Of a stretch of DNA of 32,972 nt, positions 22,765-32,972 are shown piece after piece (positions within the stretch are counted from its first letter, which is position 1; each line of letters opens with the position of its first letter). The notes under the pieces are model-generated. The model ran no database searches and was not told the DNA's origin. It saw only the letters and a list, made by a program, of their open reading frames with translations. Made by a program: the position numbers and the translations under genes. This DNA comes from Mesotaenium endlicherianum (taxonomy: Eukaryota). The stretch is taken from positions 139,694 through 172,665 of the forward strand of contig WELA01001035.1 in NCBI GenBank assembly GCA_009602735.1, in the 5' to 3' direction.

Positions 22765-25700
22765 TCTTGTCTTGCTCACAACAGTCTCAGCCAGTCTCTG
22801 CTACCCATGTGCAGTGCAGGCCAAGAAGAGTCAAAATCACGAGCAGCAGCAGCAGCAGCGTGTTTTTATGTTTCTGTTACACGCAATGAAACGGCACCAC
22901 CTCGTCAGAGTGGAGGGCGCTGCTGCTGCTGCTGGGGGGGGGGGGGGGGGGGGGAAGGAGCAGGCCCGTCATCAGCTACTGTTACCTGCGTGCCACTGCC
23001 GCTGCTGCTCCAATTCTTTCTCCCCGTCTATTTGGCCAGGGGTTCTTTGCGTCCTGATGTCACCAACAGCCTGTCTTGGCACACATGCAACACCCAACTG
23101 TATCTCATCTCAGCTCCCTCCCTCCCTCCCCCCCCTTCCCTCGCGCGCGTGCGCGCCTGTGTGGTGGCAGCCGGACATCGACTTTGCGTTCCACGTGGAG
23201 GGCAATGACGTGATGGTGGTGCCGCACGTGAGGAGCATGCTGCACGGGCTGGCTCACGGCATCCTGGCCAACCTGCTGCTGTGGCCCAAGTCGTGGCTGT
23301 GGGCGCTGCAGCACGAGGCGCTGGCGGCGTGCAACGAGCGCGCGCGCGGCACGCTCTCCGTGAAAGTCATCCGCGCGACCTCGCTTTGGTACTCCGGCCT
23401 GGGCCTGCCCGCACCCTACGTCAAGGTAGGCGCCACATCCCCCCCCCCCCTTCCCCCNNNNNNNNNNNNNNNNNNNNNNNNNNNNNNNNNNNNNNNNNNN
23501 NNNNNNNNNNTCCCCCTCCTCCTCCTCCTCCTCCCCCACCTGCCCCTGCTTTTCCTCCCCCTCCTGCCCCTGCTTTTTCCCCTGCTCCTGCCCCTGCTCC
23601 TGCTCCTCAGGTCGGGGCTCCAAATCACTGCCAGGCGGGTTGCAAGGATGGTGGGGGTGAAGTGTAGAAGCTTGTACTGGGTGAGGAGCTGCAGACCAGT
23701 GCAAGCTCCCTACTTGTGGAGGTGCATGCATGGGGCCATCCGTGTCCGCTCCTGGACCTCTTTGTTCCGACTTGAGACTGCACAGTGATGAAGTGGTCTG
23801 CTGCTCAAGGCGTGAAATCCCGAGGCCTGGGTCCCTCTCCTGCGCATGCAGAAGAGGCTTTGCTGATGAGTGCGCGCATACAAAGGTACCCGCTGAAAGG
23901 GGATGTGCGTGGTCACAACAGCTTCAAGTGCGAATGTGTGATGAGGTCAAGAGCTAGCTAGCTGGCAAGTGAGTGAGTGGTTGTTGTTGGAGTTGCATGC
24001 GCATGACCCCCGCACGACCGCGCGTGCGCGTGCCTGTGCGTGCGTGCGTGCATGCGCGCCTGCAGCTGCGGCTGGACGGCGGCGGCAGGAGCGTGAGAAC
24101 GGCGCACCGGGAGGCGACGAGCAGCCCCGAGTGGGGCCAGGAGGTGCTGCTGCCGGTGGACGACGCGGGCGCGCAGGCGCTGCAGCTGCAGGTGCTGGAC
24201 TTCCACGCCATCTTCCGCGCCGACGACCTTGGCAGCGCCTCTGTGGCCCTCCGCGACCTTGTGCCCGACGAGCCCAAGGTGAGGTTGGTTTGCGCGTGCC
24301 TTGCTCCTTCCTCCCGGCGCTTGCACCCAGGCCACCTGGTGCTTGCACCCGCGCCACCTGGCGTACCTGCGCCGTCTCCACCTGGCCTTTTGGCGCGCCT
24401 GTCTTTGTGGTCAAGGAAGATGTGATGTCTCTTGACGATGTCATCAAGGAGAGGGTATGAGGAGGACCCTGCAGAGTCAGTCTGCAGCAGAGGACATACC
24501 AAGAGAGTGGAGGTACTTGCTGTGAGGAGCTGAGGGATTTGCTGCTTCACAAGCACCGTGCTGTGTGCATGCTCATCCACGCAGAAGATTGCTGTGCGCG
24601 CTGCAGATGTGTGCAACGCAGAGGCTGCTCGCCTTGTCGCCAGCCCTCTGGGAATGCATGCCGCCACTTTCTGAGAGGCCTTTTGCTGCCACAACCGTGC
24701 GTACCACGTGTATCGACATCGGAGTTACAGGCCCGTGCGTGAGGCAGGGGTCGCATGCCTGCAGGTTACATAACGTATATAAGCGACGTGCATCTCGTGG
24801 GTGCCACCTGGCGGGGGGGGGTGGTGCTGGTGACGTGGCGCGTGCAGAGCTGCAAGCTGCAGCTGCAGCTGCCGTGGCGGCGCTTCCAGATCAGCCGGCA
24901 GAGCGGCACGCTGGAGGTGGAGCTGCTGTACCGCGTGCTGCGCCGCGGGGGGCCGCAGGACGACGACCCGCGTGGCAAGAAGTTTGCGCGCAACTCCACG
25001 CTGCCGCTGGCGCCGGCGTCGGGCGCGGCGGGCCTGCTGGAGGTGCACCTGCACGAGGGCGTGGACCTGGAGCCGCTCAACAACGGCCACATCAACTGCT
25101 ACTGCAAGCTCTTTGTCGGCAACGAAGTCAAGAAGTCGCAGGTGGGTGCCGTGGCTCCCGCGCTCAGCGAGCACCGCGGGCTGGCTGCTGCTCCCCTCCT
25201 CGCCCGCACCTCGCTGAATTGCTTGTTGCAGCATGCATGCTTGCCTGCACGCTTGCTTGCTCGTGGAGTGGTGGCAAGCGCGCCCGCTGAGCGCTGGTTT
25301 CAGCACCATGCTGGGCCAGTGGAGCGCTCTGAAAACCGTGCCGTTTCCGATTCTGATCCCGGCACAGTAGTGGGAACCAGTCGCATTATAGACCCGGCAA
25401 TGCATCCCGGTTTCCCTTTCACATTTTCTCTCGAAGCGACGTATTTTGAAGTCAAGACATACTCACGTCGCTCCTCCTGTCCGGGTCAAGTAGCAGCTGA
25501 ACAGCGACTAACTCGTTGAGCCTGGACCACACCGAAAGAACACACTTCGCACTCCCAGGTCTGAGCTGCCGGCCGAGTGCCTCTCTCTCGTCGCAACGGC
25601 AGGTGGTGAGTCACCTGACAAACCCCAGGTGGGACGAGGAGTTTGAGTTCCTGATGGCGGCCCCCCCCGTGGACACCAAGCTGCGCATCGAGGTGTGGCA

Positions 25701-25881
25701 CATGGAGGAGGTCAACAGCATCTTCCGCAACTCCGTCAGCGGCAGGGCCAAGACGATGCTGGGCATTCTGGACGTCAGCCTCAGGGACGTCGTCGACAAC
25801 CGCCGCCTGATCGACCGCTACCAGCTGGGGAAGTCGAAGCAGGGCAGGCTCAAGGTCGAGATGATCTGGAGGAGCCACTGA
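20787..25881 (+). CDS. SYT: Plant synaptotagmin (SYT1/2/3-like ER-plasma membrane tether: TM, SMP, C2A, C2B), about 569 aa, 8 exons
   Basis: Exons 20787-20969, 21488-21667, 22087-22179, 22448-22660, 23171-23425, 24066-24278, 24848-25141, 25603-25881 (TGA); 1710 nt. TM segment ILGNIVGFGVGVGAGLAAG; SMP segments VPEWVKSPSSERVGWMN..AWPHL, PLTADFPCFAGVHLSL, LLWPKS; C2 segments NPRWDEEFEFLM and LGILDVSLRDVVDNRRLIDRYQLGKSKQGRLKVEMIWR. The start codon is less certain; possible 5'UTR introns at 20341-20576 and 20635-20769. Confidence 0.9.
23458..23510. other. Assembly gap (N run) inside a C-rich tract after a splice donor
   Basis: N run flanked by poly-C in SYT intron 23426-24065. Confidence 0.99.
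23511..23608. repeat. Degenerate CCT / CCTGCCCCTGCT tandem repeat in a SYT intron
   Basis: Repeated cctgcccctgct units and (CCT)n read directly. Confidence 0.75.
24320..24387. repeat. About 22-bp imperfect tandem repeat (three copies of a ccacctgg unit) in a SYT intron
   Basis: cttgcacccaggccacctggtg / cttgcacccgcgccacctggcg / tacctgcgccgtctccacctggcc. Confidence 0.6.
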
Positions 25882-26815
25882 CGGCTCCGATGTGCTCAGA
25901 GAGCTTGCGCAATAGTGTCGTGAAGCAGTCCCGCTGGTTCCCCCCTCTCCATGCCCCTCTGCATTCCAAGCAAGAGCTTCTTGATGTCCTTTTTAATGTT
26001 TTCATAGAGTACTGTGCGGCTCCTGGCACTAGTGGGTCTGCAGCGATCATCTATCGGCCACGCTTATCTGTCCTGAAAATAGTATAATCCAGATGGCAGG
26101 GGGTCTAGTAGCACATGTTCTATCATACATTCCTTGGTCCTGTACACAGGCCGTGCATGTCACTACGTGTTGAACGAGATTGCTGTACACTGCTAGCTTT
26201 TGGCTGGGGGTGCAACCACCGGCCAGCTGCATGAAGTTCCTGGAAGTGCATAAGCTAGCACTTCCTCACTAAGCCTTCCATGCATCTGCGCTACAACCAC
26301 ATACACGGCTACATTAGCTCATCAACAATCTCGCAGTCGAAGCTTTCAGAGTGCAACCAAACACATTGTTCTCTAGAATACACAGGCATAACTAATACAA
26401 AATGCCTATTAAACAGCAATCCACAGAGCACTGCAATCTTTAGCAGGCATAACACTAGAGCGGGTGTGAGAACTTGAAATGTAATATGTCCTTCCTGATT
26501 AGACTGCACAATGTAGTGAAGGCACTGGCTACAGACTAAGGCCAGTTTCAGGACACAAACGGATTAGAACTTCGTCCTACAATTTCCTGACTACAAAATC
26601 AGCTACTTCTAATGACACATTTCTTCGCATCAGGACAACCTCGAGAGGCCCAGGCCCCTGTAGTTCACAAAGCACACAAGATGAGATAGCAACAGTCCAC
26701 GCTTCTACTCACGACACACTCTGTCTGGCTAAGATGATCTTGAGTCTATCTTCCCTTGGCAGCTCGTGTCCGTACAGCTCGTCGAACGATGCGCAGGAAA
26801 ACTCAGCTGGGGATT

Positions 26816-29800
26816 CTAAGACCCGAGGCGGGAGACAAAGGCGTCCAGATTGTATTCCTCCGCATAGTGCGAATCGTCCCACAGCTCTTCCAAATTGTTG
26901 AGCATCGACTTCAGGCCCTTGGCCTTGGTGGTAACGGCAGCCTCCACTCCCTCCGCAGAAAAGCCACCGGCTGGCGTAGTAGCCTGCGTGCTTCCCTGCA
27001 GCATCTCGTCCAACGGCAAGTGTGAGCAAGAGGGGAACAACTTGAGAAAGGGATGGAGAGCCTTGTCCAGCTGACTCGTAGATGTTCGAGAGATTGGCCA
27101 GCAGTCACGAAGAGGGTCAGGCAGGGCGCTGGAGTCGAGACGCTAGGCAAGGAAAGAGAGCACACATCTTCATCTTCAGCAATGTAGCTGGAGTTGTGCA
27201 GCGGGAGTCACGTCGCAAAGTAGAAGACAGGTGGCACCCACCCCAAACTAGAGATCAAGGAGCTTGGATCAAGCCTATCAGTAATGTCCGTTGGTCCCTT
27301 TGCCGCTTTGCGTACTAGAGACCAAGAATCATGGAACACAAGGTGGGCAGTCAGAAGGGCGGGGGAAGGGGGGGNGTGTATGTATGTGATCGGTAGGCTT
27401 GCAGGGAGGGGCAGCTTCAGAGAACCTCCCGTTGCAACACCTGCCCCCACACCCAATGCATTGTTTCTGAAGCCCAGTCAGCATGAAAGCACCGCACACA
27501 TCAAATCAGCTCCAAGCTTGTTGTGGTGGACGAAAACATGAGCAGAAAGAAGGGGGGGGACGAAGATCAGGCTCCACTTGTGCAGCTTTCAGCAGCAGCA
27601 GCAGCAGCAACACCGCCACGTGTGCTTCCTCCCTGTGCGCCGGCTGGCCCCGCCTGCTCCCACCCTCCCGGCCCTGCCGACATGCAGTCAACAAGTCGGA
27701 AATGAGGGGGGCGACAAATAATTGCGCGATGCATGCCTGGTGCATATGACAAGCAGTTGTATAAAAGATGTTGATAACAACCCTTGGCTGCCACCTGTCA
27801 ACGCGTCGTCCTTCCAGATGCCTCCCTCCCGATTGGATGCAGGCTCGCTCGTTGCCGCCACCACCGCACCTCCGCGCCATTGATGGTGTGCTTTCCGGGC
27901 ACGCAAACGAGTCCCTCCCTCCCGGCCCTGGCTCTCGCACCTGAGCCCTGCAGCCCCCCTCCTGCGTGCCTGCCTGCCTGCCTGCCACACTCTCAAGAAG
28001 CATTTGCATGAGCGGATAATGCGTGCGGGTGTGCATGTGTGCAGGTGACGGAGGAGGGGAAAGAGGAATGCCAGGCACGCCGTCAAGGCGAGGCAGGCCC
28101 CCACAAAGTTCACATCACAACGCAACAGCAAATCACACACACATGTGCACCAGCGAGCCGCAAGAGGCCGGCTATTTTACCGACGCTCCAGGACCGGGGG
28201 GGCATCCTGTGGGCTACCATGATCCAGACAGCTGCAGCAGAAGTGCAGAGCAAGGGAGGTACCGGCGGACCATGCAGAGGGAAGGGAGAGGGGGAGGGGA
28301 GAGGGCGCGTGATGGAGTAGAAAGGAAACGCCACAGCCCAGCATGCAGCAAGGGGTGCGGGTACAAAGACCTCTCCAGCAAGGCGGGATTGAGGCAGAAG
28401 TCCCCCTCTCTCCGAACAATGACGACGCCTAGAGCGCGCACGTGCGCGCTTGAGGTCCCCTCCAGCCGCGCGTGCCATGCAGTCTCAAGTGCCACCCAGA
28501 ATGGATTTCCCCCCTTCCACAGCAATCAGCCCATTTGCAGTTAGCAAGTGTGTGTGTGCAGGTCCTGCACGGTCCACGTGTCCACACAGCATCGATTCTT
28601 TCTGAAGCTCACACACGCATGGGGACGTGCACACATGGAAGGAGCGAGAAACTCCTACATAAGCACATACACACAAATGCATGCACATACATACATGCAC
28701 ACGCACATACAGGCACACAAACACACACATATGTACACGTTAGATACACTCTACAAATGAACATACATATAGACGCACCCATACGTACACACGCACGTGT
28801 TATGACACACACACGCACACACACACACACATATGTAGAGCATGCATGCCGACGTGTGCTGGCCAGGCACACACCCGCGTACATGCCCTCAAAAGTTCCT
28901 GACAGAAACCAAGTCAAGGACGAGCATGCACGTGTCTGAAGGCAGGCACATAATGCATTCTTTGAGTGAGGTCCCAAGACATGCGTCTCCCCTGTGGAGA
29001 GGGAGAGGAGTCAAAGCGCCACCAAACGCCCAGGAAGAGGAAGCGAGCGGAGGAGGAAACTACAGGAGGCGCACCAGGAGACGTGCCGACGGACAGACCA
29101 ACCGACCGACCGACCGACCGACCGACCGACCGACCGACATACTGACTGACTGACTAACTGACTGACGGACTGACTGACTGACCGACCGTCTGACTGGCTG
29201 ACTGACCGACTGACTGGTGCCAACTGACAGATGAGGCAAAAGAGAGGGGACACCTGGGACCCTTGTTGGTGCTGGGAGCTACTCACATCCGTTCAACTCA
29301 GGGGGGGGACACAACACATTCATGGCTGTTATGCAACTCCATGCAGAGTGCATTCACGCTTACACCCACAAACTCACACGCACGCACTCACACACACACA
29401 TATGCATACGGACACACGCTTACACACAAGAACACACGTGTGGTTGCGACGGGTCCCATGTCACCCCATGAGCTGGAAAGGTGACTTAACTTACGTGTGA
29501 GTCTGGAAAGGTACATGCAGACGGGGGCTGCTGCAACTGCTTGCCTCCCCTCCGCTTCTTCCACCCTCTCTCTCTGGAGGAACACAAGATCACACCCCCA
29601 ACGCTAAGCCAGAAAACCGTCAGCCCTCTCCCCTGCTATAGTGCCAGGGCACGAGTGCGTACGCTGAGCACCGGACTCTGGTCAAAGCGACTGACTGGGA
29701 CAAACATAGACAGACGGAAAGGCAGACAGGCAGGCAAAGCGAACAACAAGTCACAGTCTGCGACAACTGTATGACGGCTGCTAACCCGACTGGCAAAAGA

Positions 29801-32800
29801 AAAAATTCGCAGAGGTGACTGACGTACTTTTCGCACGTGAAGACTTTGTTGCTGTTGCTGCTGTTGCTGCTGCTGTTATCGCTGCCGCTTTCTCCTTCTC
29901 CTCCTCCTCCTCCTTCTCAACCATGGAGACACAATGAGCGCTCGCCCACCCATATGCCTCCCACATCATTCATACGACCAGTACACCTGCAGCAGCTGTC
30001 AGTTGAGAGGGCAGGCAATTGATGACGCAATAATTTGGCTGGTCAGTGGAGTCAAACAGGCAAATGAGTGCTGGACACACACTCCCACGGGCAGACAGGC
30101 TATGGCAGTGCTGCCACATAGAATCCACCAATTGCACGGCGTGCGGCGTGCGCAGCTCACACGTGTGCTGGCCAGGCACACACGTAGCCCCGCACGCCCC
30201 TGCCTTTGCATGGTGAGGGGGAGAGAGAGAGAGGGAAAGAGGGAGAAGCACGCCAGACCGACAGAGATGGGTCGGAAGAGGCAAGTGGATGGGAGCATGC
30301 GTGCTAGCCAGCTGGACCACAAGGAAATGCACACCAGAAACTGTGGGCCAGGGCATAGCAAACGTGTGGCATGGGAGAGGAGGGGAGGGGAGGAGTAGTT
30401 GTGCTTACTTGGTGATACTCTGACAGCATGTAGAACCAGCCCGCCCCCTTGCTGTGCCGGCTGTGGCCGGGTGCGGCTCCGACTTTTGGGCGACACCTGG
30501 CAGCACCTGCAGCACATCCATTCGCCAGTCTCAGGTCAGGCTGCCCAGCAGCAAAGAGAAGGGCCCCTGAGTCTGGCAAGGCACCGCCTCATTGCATGGA
30601 TGCAGCCATGGCATGTGCAACGTTCAGGAAGTCAGGGAGCAACATACCAGACCAGGCTCTTTTCTGACATTGGAAACATGAGACATTAAGGACCAGGGGT
30701 AAGGAAAGGGACTCACTCAATTTCCTTAGTCCGAGTTGCAAGTGGCCCCCCTCGTCCTCCTCCTCTTGCTCCCAATCCGGCATCGCTTGCACTCTCTATC
30801 CCCCCCCCCTCCTTCGGCGCCCCCCACCACCACCACCACCACCACCACCATCACACGCATCGGTCACTTGCCATCCCTCCAGAGTTGCAGATAAGCAGAC
30901 TGGGGGTGGGTGACGCAGCAGCGCAAGGGTGGCAAGATTTCTACCCAGGTGCAACCAGAAGAGCACGCCTGAGCTCAGGTCATGTAAGCACAAGAGCGGC
31001 ACCTGGATGGGGGTGCCGCTGAGCAGCAGGCGGTGGCGCGCGGGGATGCGCTTGGCCGCCTGCGCCAGCTTGGACTTGCCGTTCTTGATCACGTGGCCCT
31101 CGTCCAGCACGCAGTAGTTCCACACCACGCCCGCAAACAGCTCCACCTCTGCGCGCAGCACCTCGTACGACGTCACCACCAGGGTGCCCGCCTGCCCCAC
31201 CTGCGCGCGCACGCGCGCCCGCTCGACAGCGAAGCCCGCGTACTGCACGGGTCGCAGCGCGTCGGAGGGGATGAACTTCTCGACTTCGTACGCCCAGTGG
31301 GCCACCAGCGTGGGCGGGCACACCACCAGCGACGGCAGGGGGGCGTACTCGGGCCGGCCGCCCGACTTGGCAAAGGCGCGCGCGCGCTCCACAGTGTCAG
31401 ACGCGATGATGGCGGACGCCTGCAGCGTCTTGCCCAGGCCCATGTCGTCGCACAGGCAGCCGTGCAGCCCGAAGCGCTTGAGGAACGCGAGCCAGTTGAT
31501 GCCCTCCTGCTGGTACCTGCTTGCCGCCACATCCCCCCCCCCCCCAAAACCCACATGAACAGAGGAGCACCAATGTATACGAGCCCGATTGTCTACACTT
31601 GATGCATGCATGAGCCTGTGCGGTTGCAAGCAGACAGCACAACTGAGAGGGGGGCGGGCGTATGTACCTGCGCAGGGTGACCTGGAGAGGGATGTGCAGC
31701 TGGTAGTCCTCCGCCTGCTTGTTGTCCAGCAGCTGCTCCAAGAAGCGCGCATCCTCTGCCGCCCGCTCCATGGCCTTGTGGTCCAGCCCGGGCGGCGGCG
31801 GCAGGCCGCGCGAGAGCGGCAGCAGCGGCACCAGCGTGGCAAAGCTGCGCGTCACCGACTGCCGCACTCTCTCGCAGGGATCCGCCATGCGCGCCAGCAG
31901 CGGGACCACCAGCTGGCTGGCATACTGCGCCAGGCTGGCGCCCCCCTCGGTGACAAGGGCAGACACGAGGCGGGCGGCGCCGCGCCGGGCTGCTTCTGAG
32001 GTGCTGTCGCCCAGCATGGGGAGCGCTACTGCGATGACAGCTGCCATCACGGGCGCCATGATGACCTGAGCCATGGCGGCCGTGCATTTGGAAGCAGCTG
32101 TGCGCACGGCGGCGTGGGGATGGCGGATACAGGCAAACACTGCCGGGAGAAGTGAGAGCAGGCGGGCGTGGAGTGCGGGGTGCGCCACCTTGGCGACACA
32201 TTGCAGCACCTGAGGAGTTGCACGCCCACCCCACTCATCACGCTCAAGCACGCAGGTGAGCACACGCATGGACAGCATCCTGCGAATGCCACAGCAGGCC
32301 TACACGACGAGACAAGATGGGCCAGGCATGGCAGCACGTCATGACAGCAGCCAGTCAACCCGAGGAGTACAGCAGCAGCAGGTAGGAGGGACGCATACCC
32401 GCAGGTTGCTTGCAAGTAGCGCAGGCTCCGCAGAGAGCTGCGGCAGCTGTGTCTGCAGCCACGGCTTGGAGTCCCCCTCAGAGGCAGAGGCAGGCGGCAC
32501 AGGCAGCGCGTCGGTGGCACAGTCCCAAAGGCGAGGCAGGGCCTTGAATAGCGCGGGCCCCTGCGCATCCGCCAGAGCTCGCAGCGTCAGCACCGCGCCG
32601 CAGCGCATGATGCGCCCCTCGCGCTCCTCCCTCTCTGCCTGCGAGGCGGGGCCGGCGGCTGACGCCCCCCCCTTGCCGCCATCCTTCTTGCCGCGGGAGG
32701 AGGCTTCCAGGCTCTTGGCCGCCGCCTCATCCTCGTCGTCCGCGTCGCCGTTGGCCGCGCTCACAGGCGGGGTCTCCACGGGGTCGGCGCAGGCCAGGGA

Positions 32801-32905
32801 GCAGATGTTGCGCAGGAGCTTGTCGTTGGGCGAGGGCTTGCGCTCGATGCATCGCGCCACAATCTCCGCCAGCGCCACGGCTGCCTGCAGCTGCAGCACC
32901 TCCTC
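26816..32905 (-). CDS. BTAF1: TBP-associated Snf2-family ATPase BTAF1/MOT1; 5'-partial, with internal exons missing from this assembly
   Basis: Exons 32905-32399 (RKPSPNDKLLRNICSLACADPVETP), 32209-31668 (HEAT repeats, SFATLVPLLPL, EDARFLEQLLD), 31516-31003 (RYQQEGINWLAFLKRFGLHGCLCDDMGLGKTLQ, WNYCVLDEGHVIKN, HRLLLSGTPIQ) and terminal exon 26995-26816 (KGLKSMLNNLEELWDDSHYAEEYNLDAFVSRLGS*, the typical Mot1 C-terminus). Exons for the rest of the Snf2 domain and helicase motifs IV-VI were not found between 26996 and 31002. Confidence 0.9.
27375..27375. other. Single-N contig join after a G run
   Basis: gggggaaggggggg-n-gtgtatg; probably a gap of unknown size. Confidence 0.85.
28609..28881. repeat. 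Degenerate (CA)/(ACAT)/(ACGC) alternating purine-pyrimidine low-complexity tract
   Basis: acacacgcat...acatacacac...cacacacacacatatg read directly. Confidence 0.75.
29086..29216. repeat. Compound tetranucleotide microsatellite, (ACCG)n grading into (ACTG)n
   Basis: accgaccgaccg... then actgactgactg... with interspersed variants. Confidence 0.92.
30800..30850. repeat. Poly-C plus (CCA)9 repeat
   Basis: cccccccccc...ccaccaccaccaccaccaccaccacca read directly. Confidence 0.9.
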
Positions 32906-32972
32906 CTGGCATTGCGCACAAGTTTCCCAGGGCTTGATCCAGCAGTGAGGATCGTCCCCTCTTCCCCTCCCC

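Larger units (their letters stand above)
27578..30795 (-). other. Candidate exon-like segments of an unidentified spliced transcript (not BTAF1-like)
   Basis: Strong minus-strand donors (gtgagt 30716, gtaagc 30408, gtacgt 29827, gtaagt 29494, gtgagt 29286), several with the C-rich-after-donor and G-rich-before-acceptor flanks seen in real introns here. No recognisable domain. Confidence 0.3.

Noticed and set aside
29011..29070. FLLRS peptide on the minus strand resembling the Snf2 FLLRR motif
   Set aside because: No flanking similarity to BTAF1 and a stop follows shortly; a chance match.
29086..29216. Regularly repeated unit considered as a CRISPR-like array
   Set aside because: A simple 4-bp microsatellite without spacers, in a eukaryotic context with no cas genes.
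27376..30850. Transposon insertion as the cause of the BTAF1 interruption
   Set aside because: No transposase, RT or integrase ORF, LTR, terminal inverted repeat or target-site duplication is visible.

Overview
Eukaryotic nuclear DNA. The plant-type proteins, GC-rich codons and microsatellite-rich introns suggest a streptophyte green alga or early-diverging plant (inference). Six spliced genes alternate strands (+,-,+,-,+,-): (1) the 3' part of TRAPPC8/TRS85 (598-10568); (2) mitochondrial insertase OXA1 (11184-15113); (3) RACK1 (15651-16952); (4) a small mitochondrially targeted basic protein resembling mitoribosomal mL87 (18328-19777); (5) a plant synaptotagmin, TM-SMP-C2-C2 (20787-25881); (6) the 3' part of the Snf2 ATPase BTAF1/MOT1 (26816-32905). 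I built the exon chains by hand from GT-AG sites and they keep phase. Main oddities: most introns in the GC-rich gene bodies have inverted polarity (C/T tract after the donor, G tract instead of a polypyrimidine tract before the acceptor), suggesting end-to-end intron pairing. BTAF1 lacks its second helicase lobe here, and 3.6 kb of unrelated exon-like sequence next to a single-N join sits in its place. The synaptotagmin C2A domain has lost most Ca2+ ligands. There are four assembly gaps, all at G/C homopolymers. I found no tRNA, rRNA, CRISPR array or recognisable transposon.
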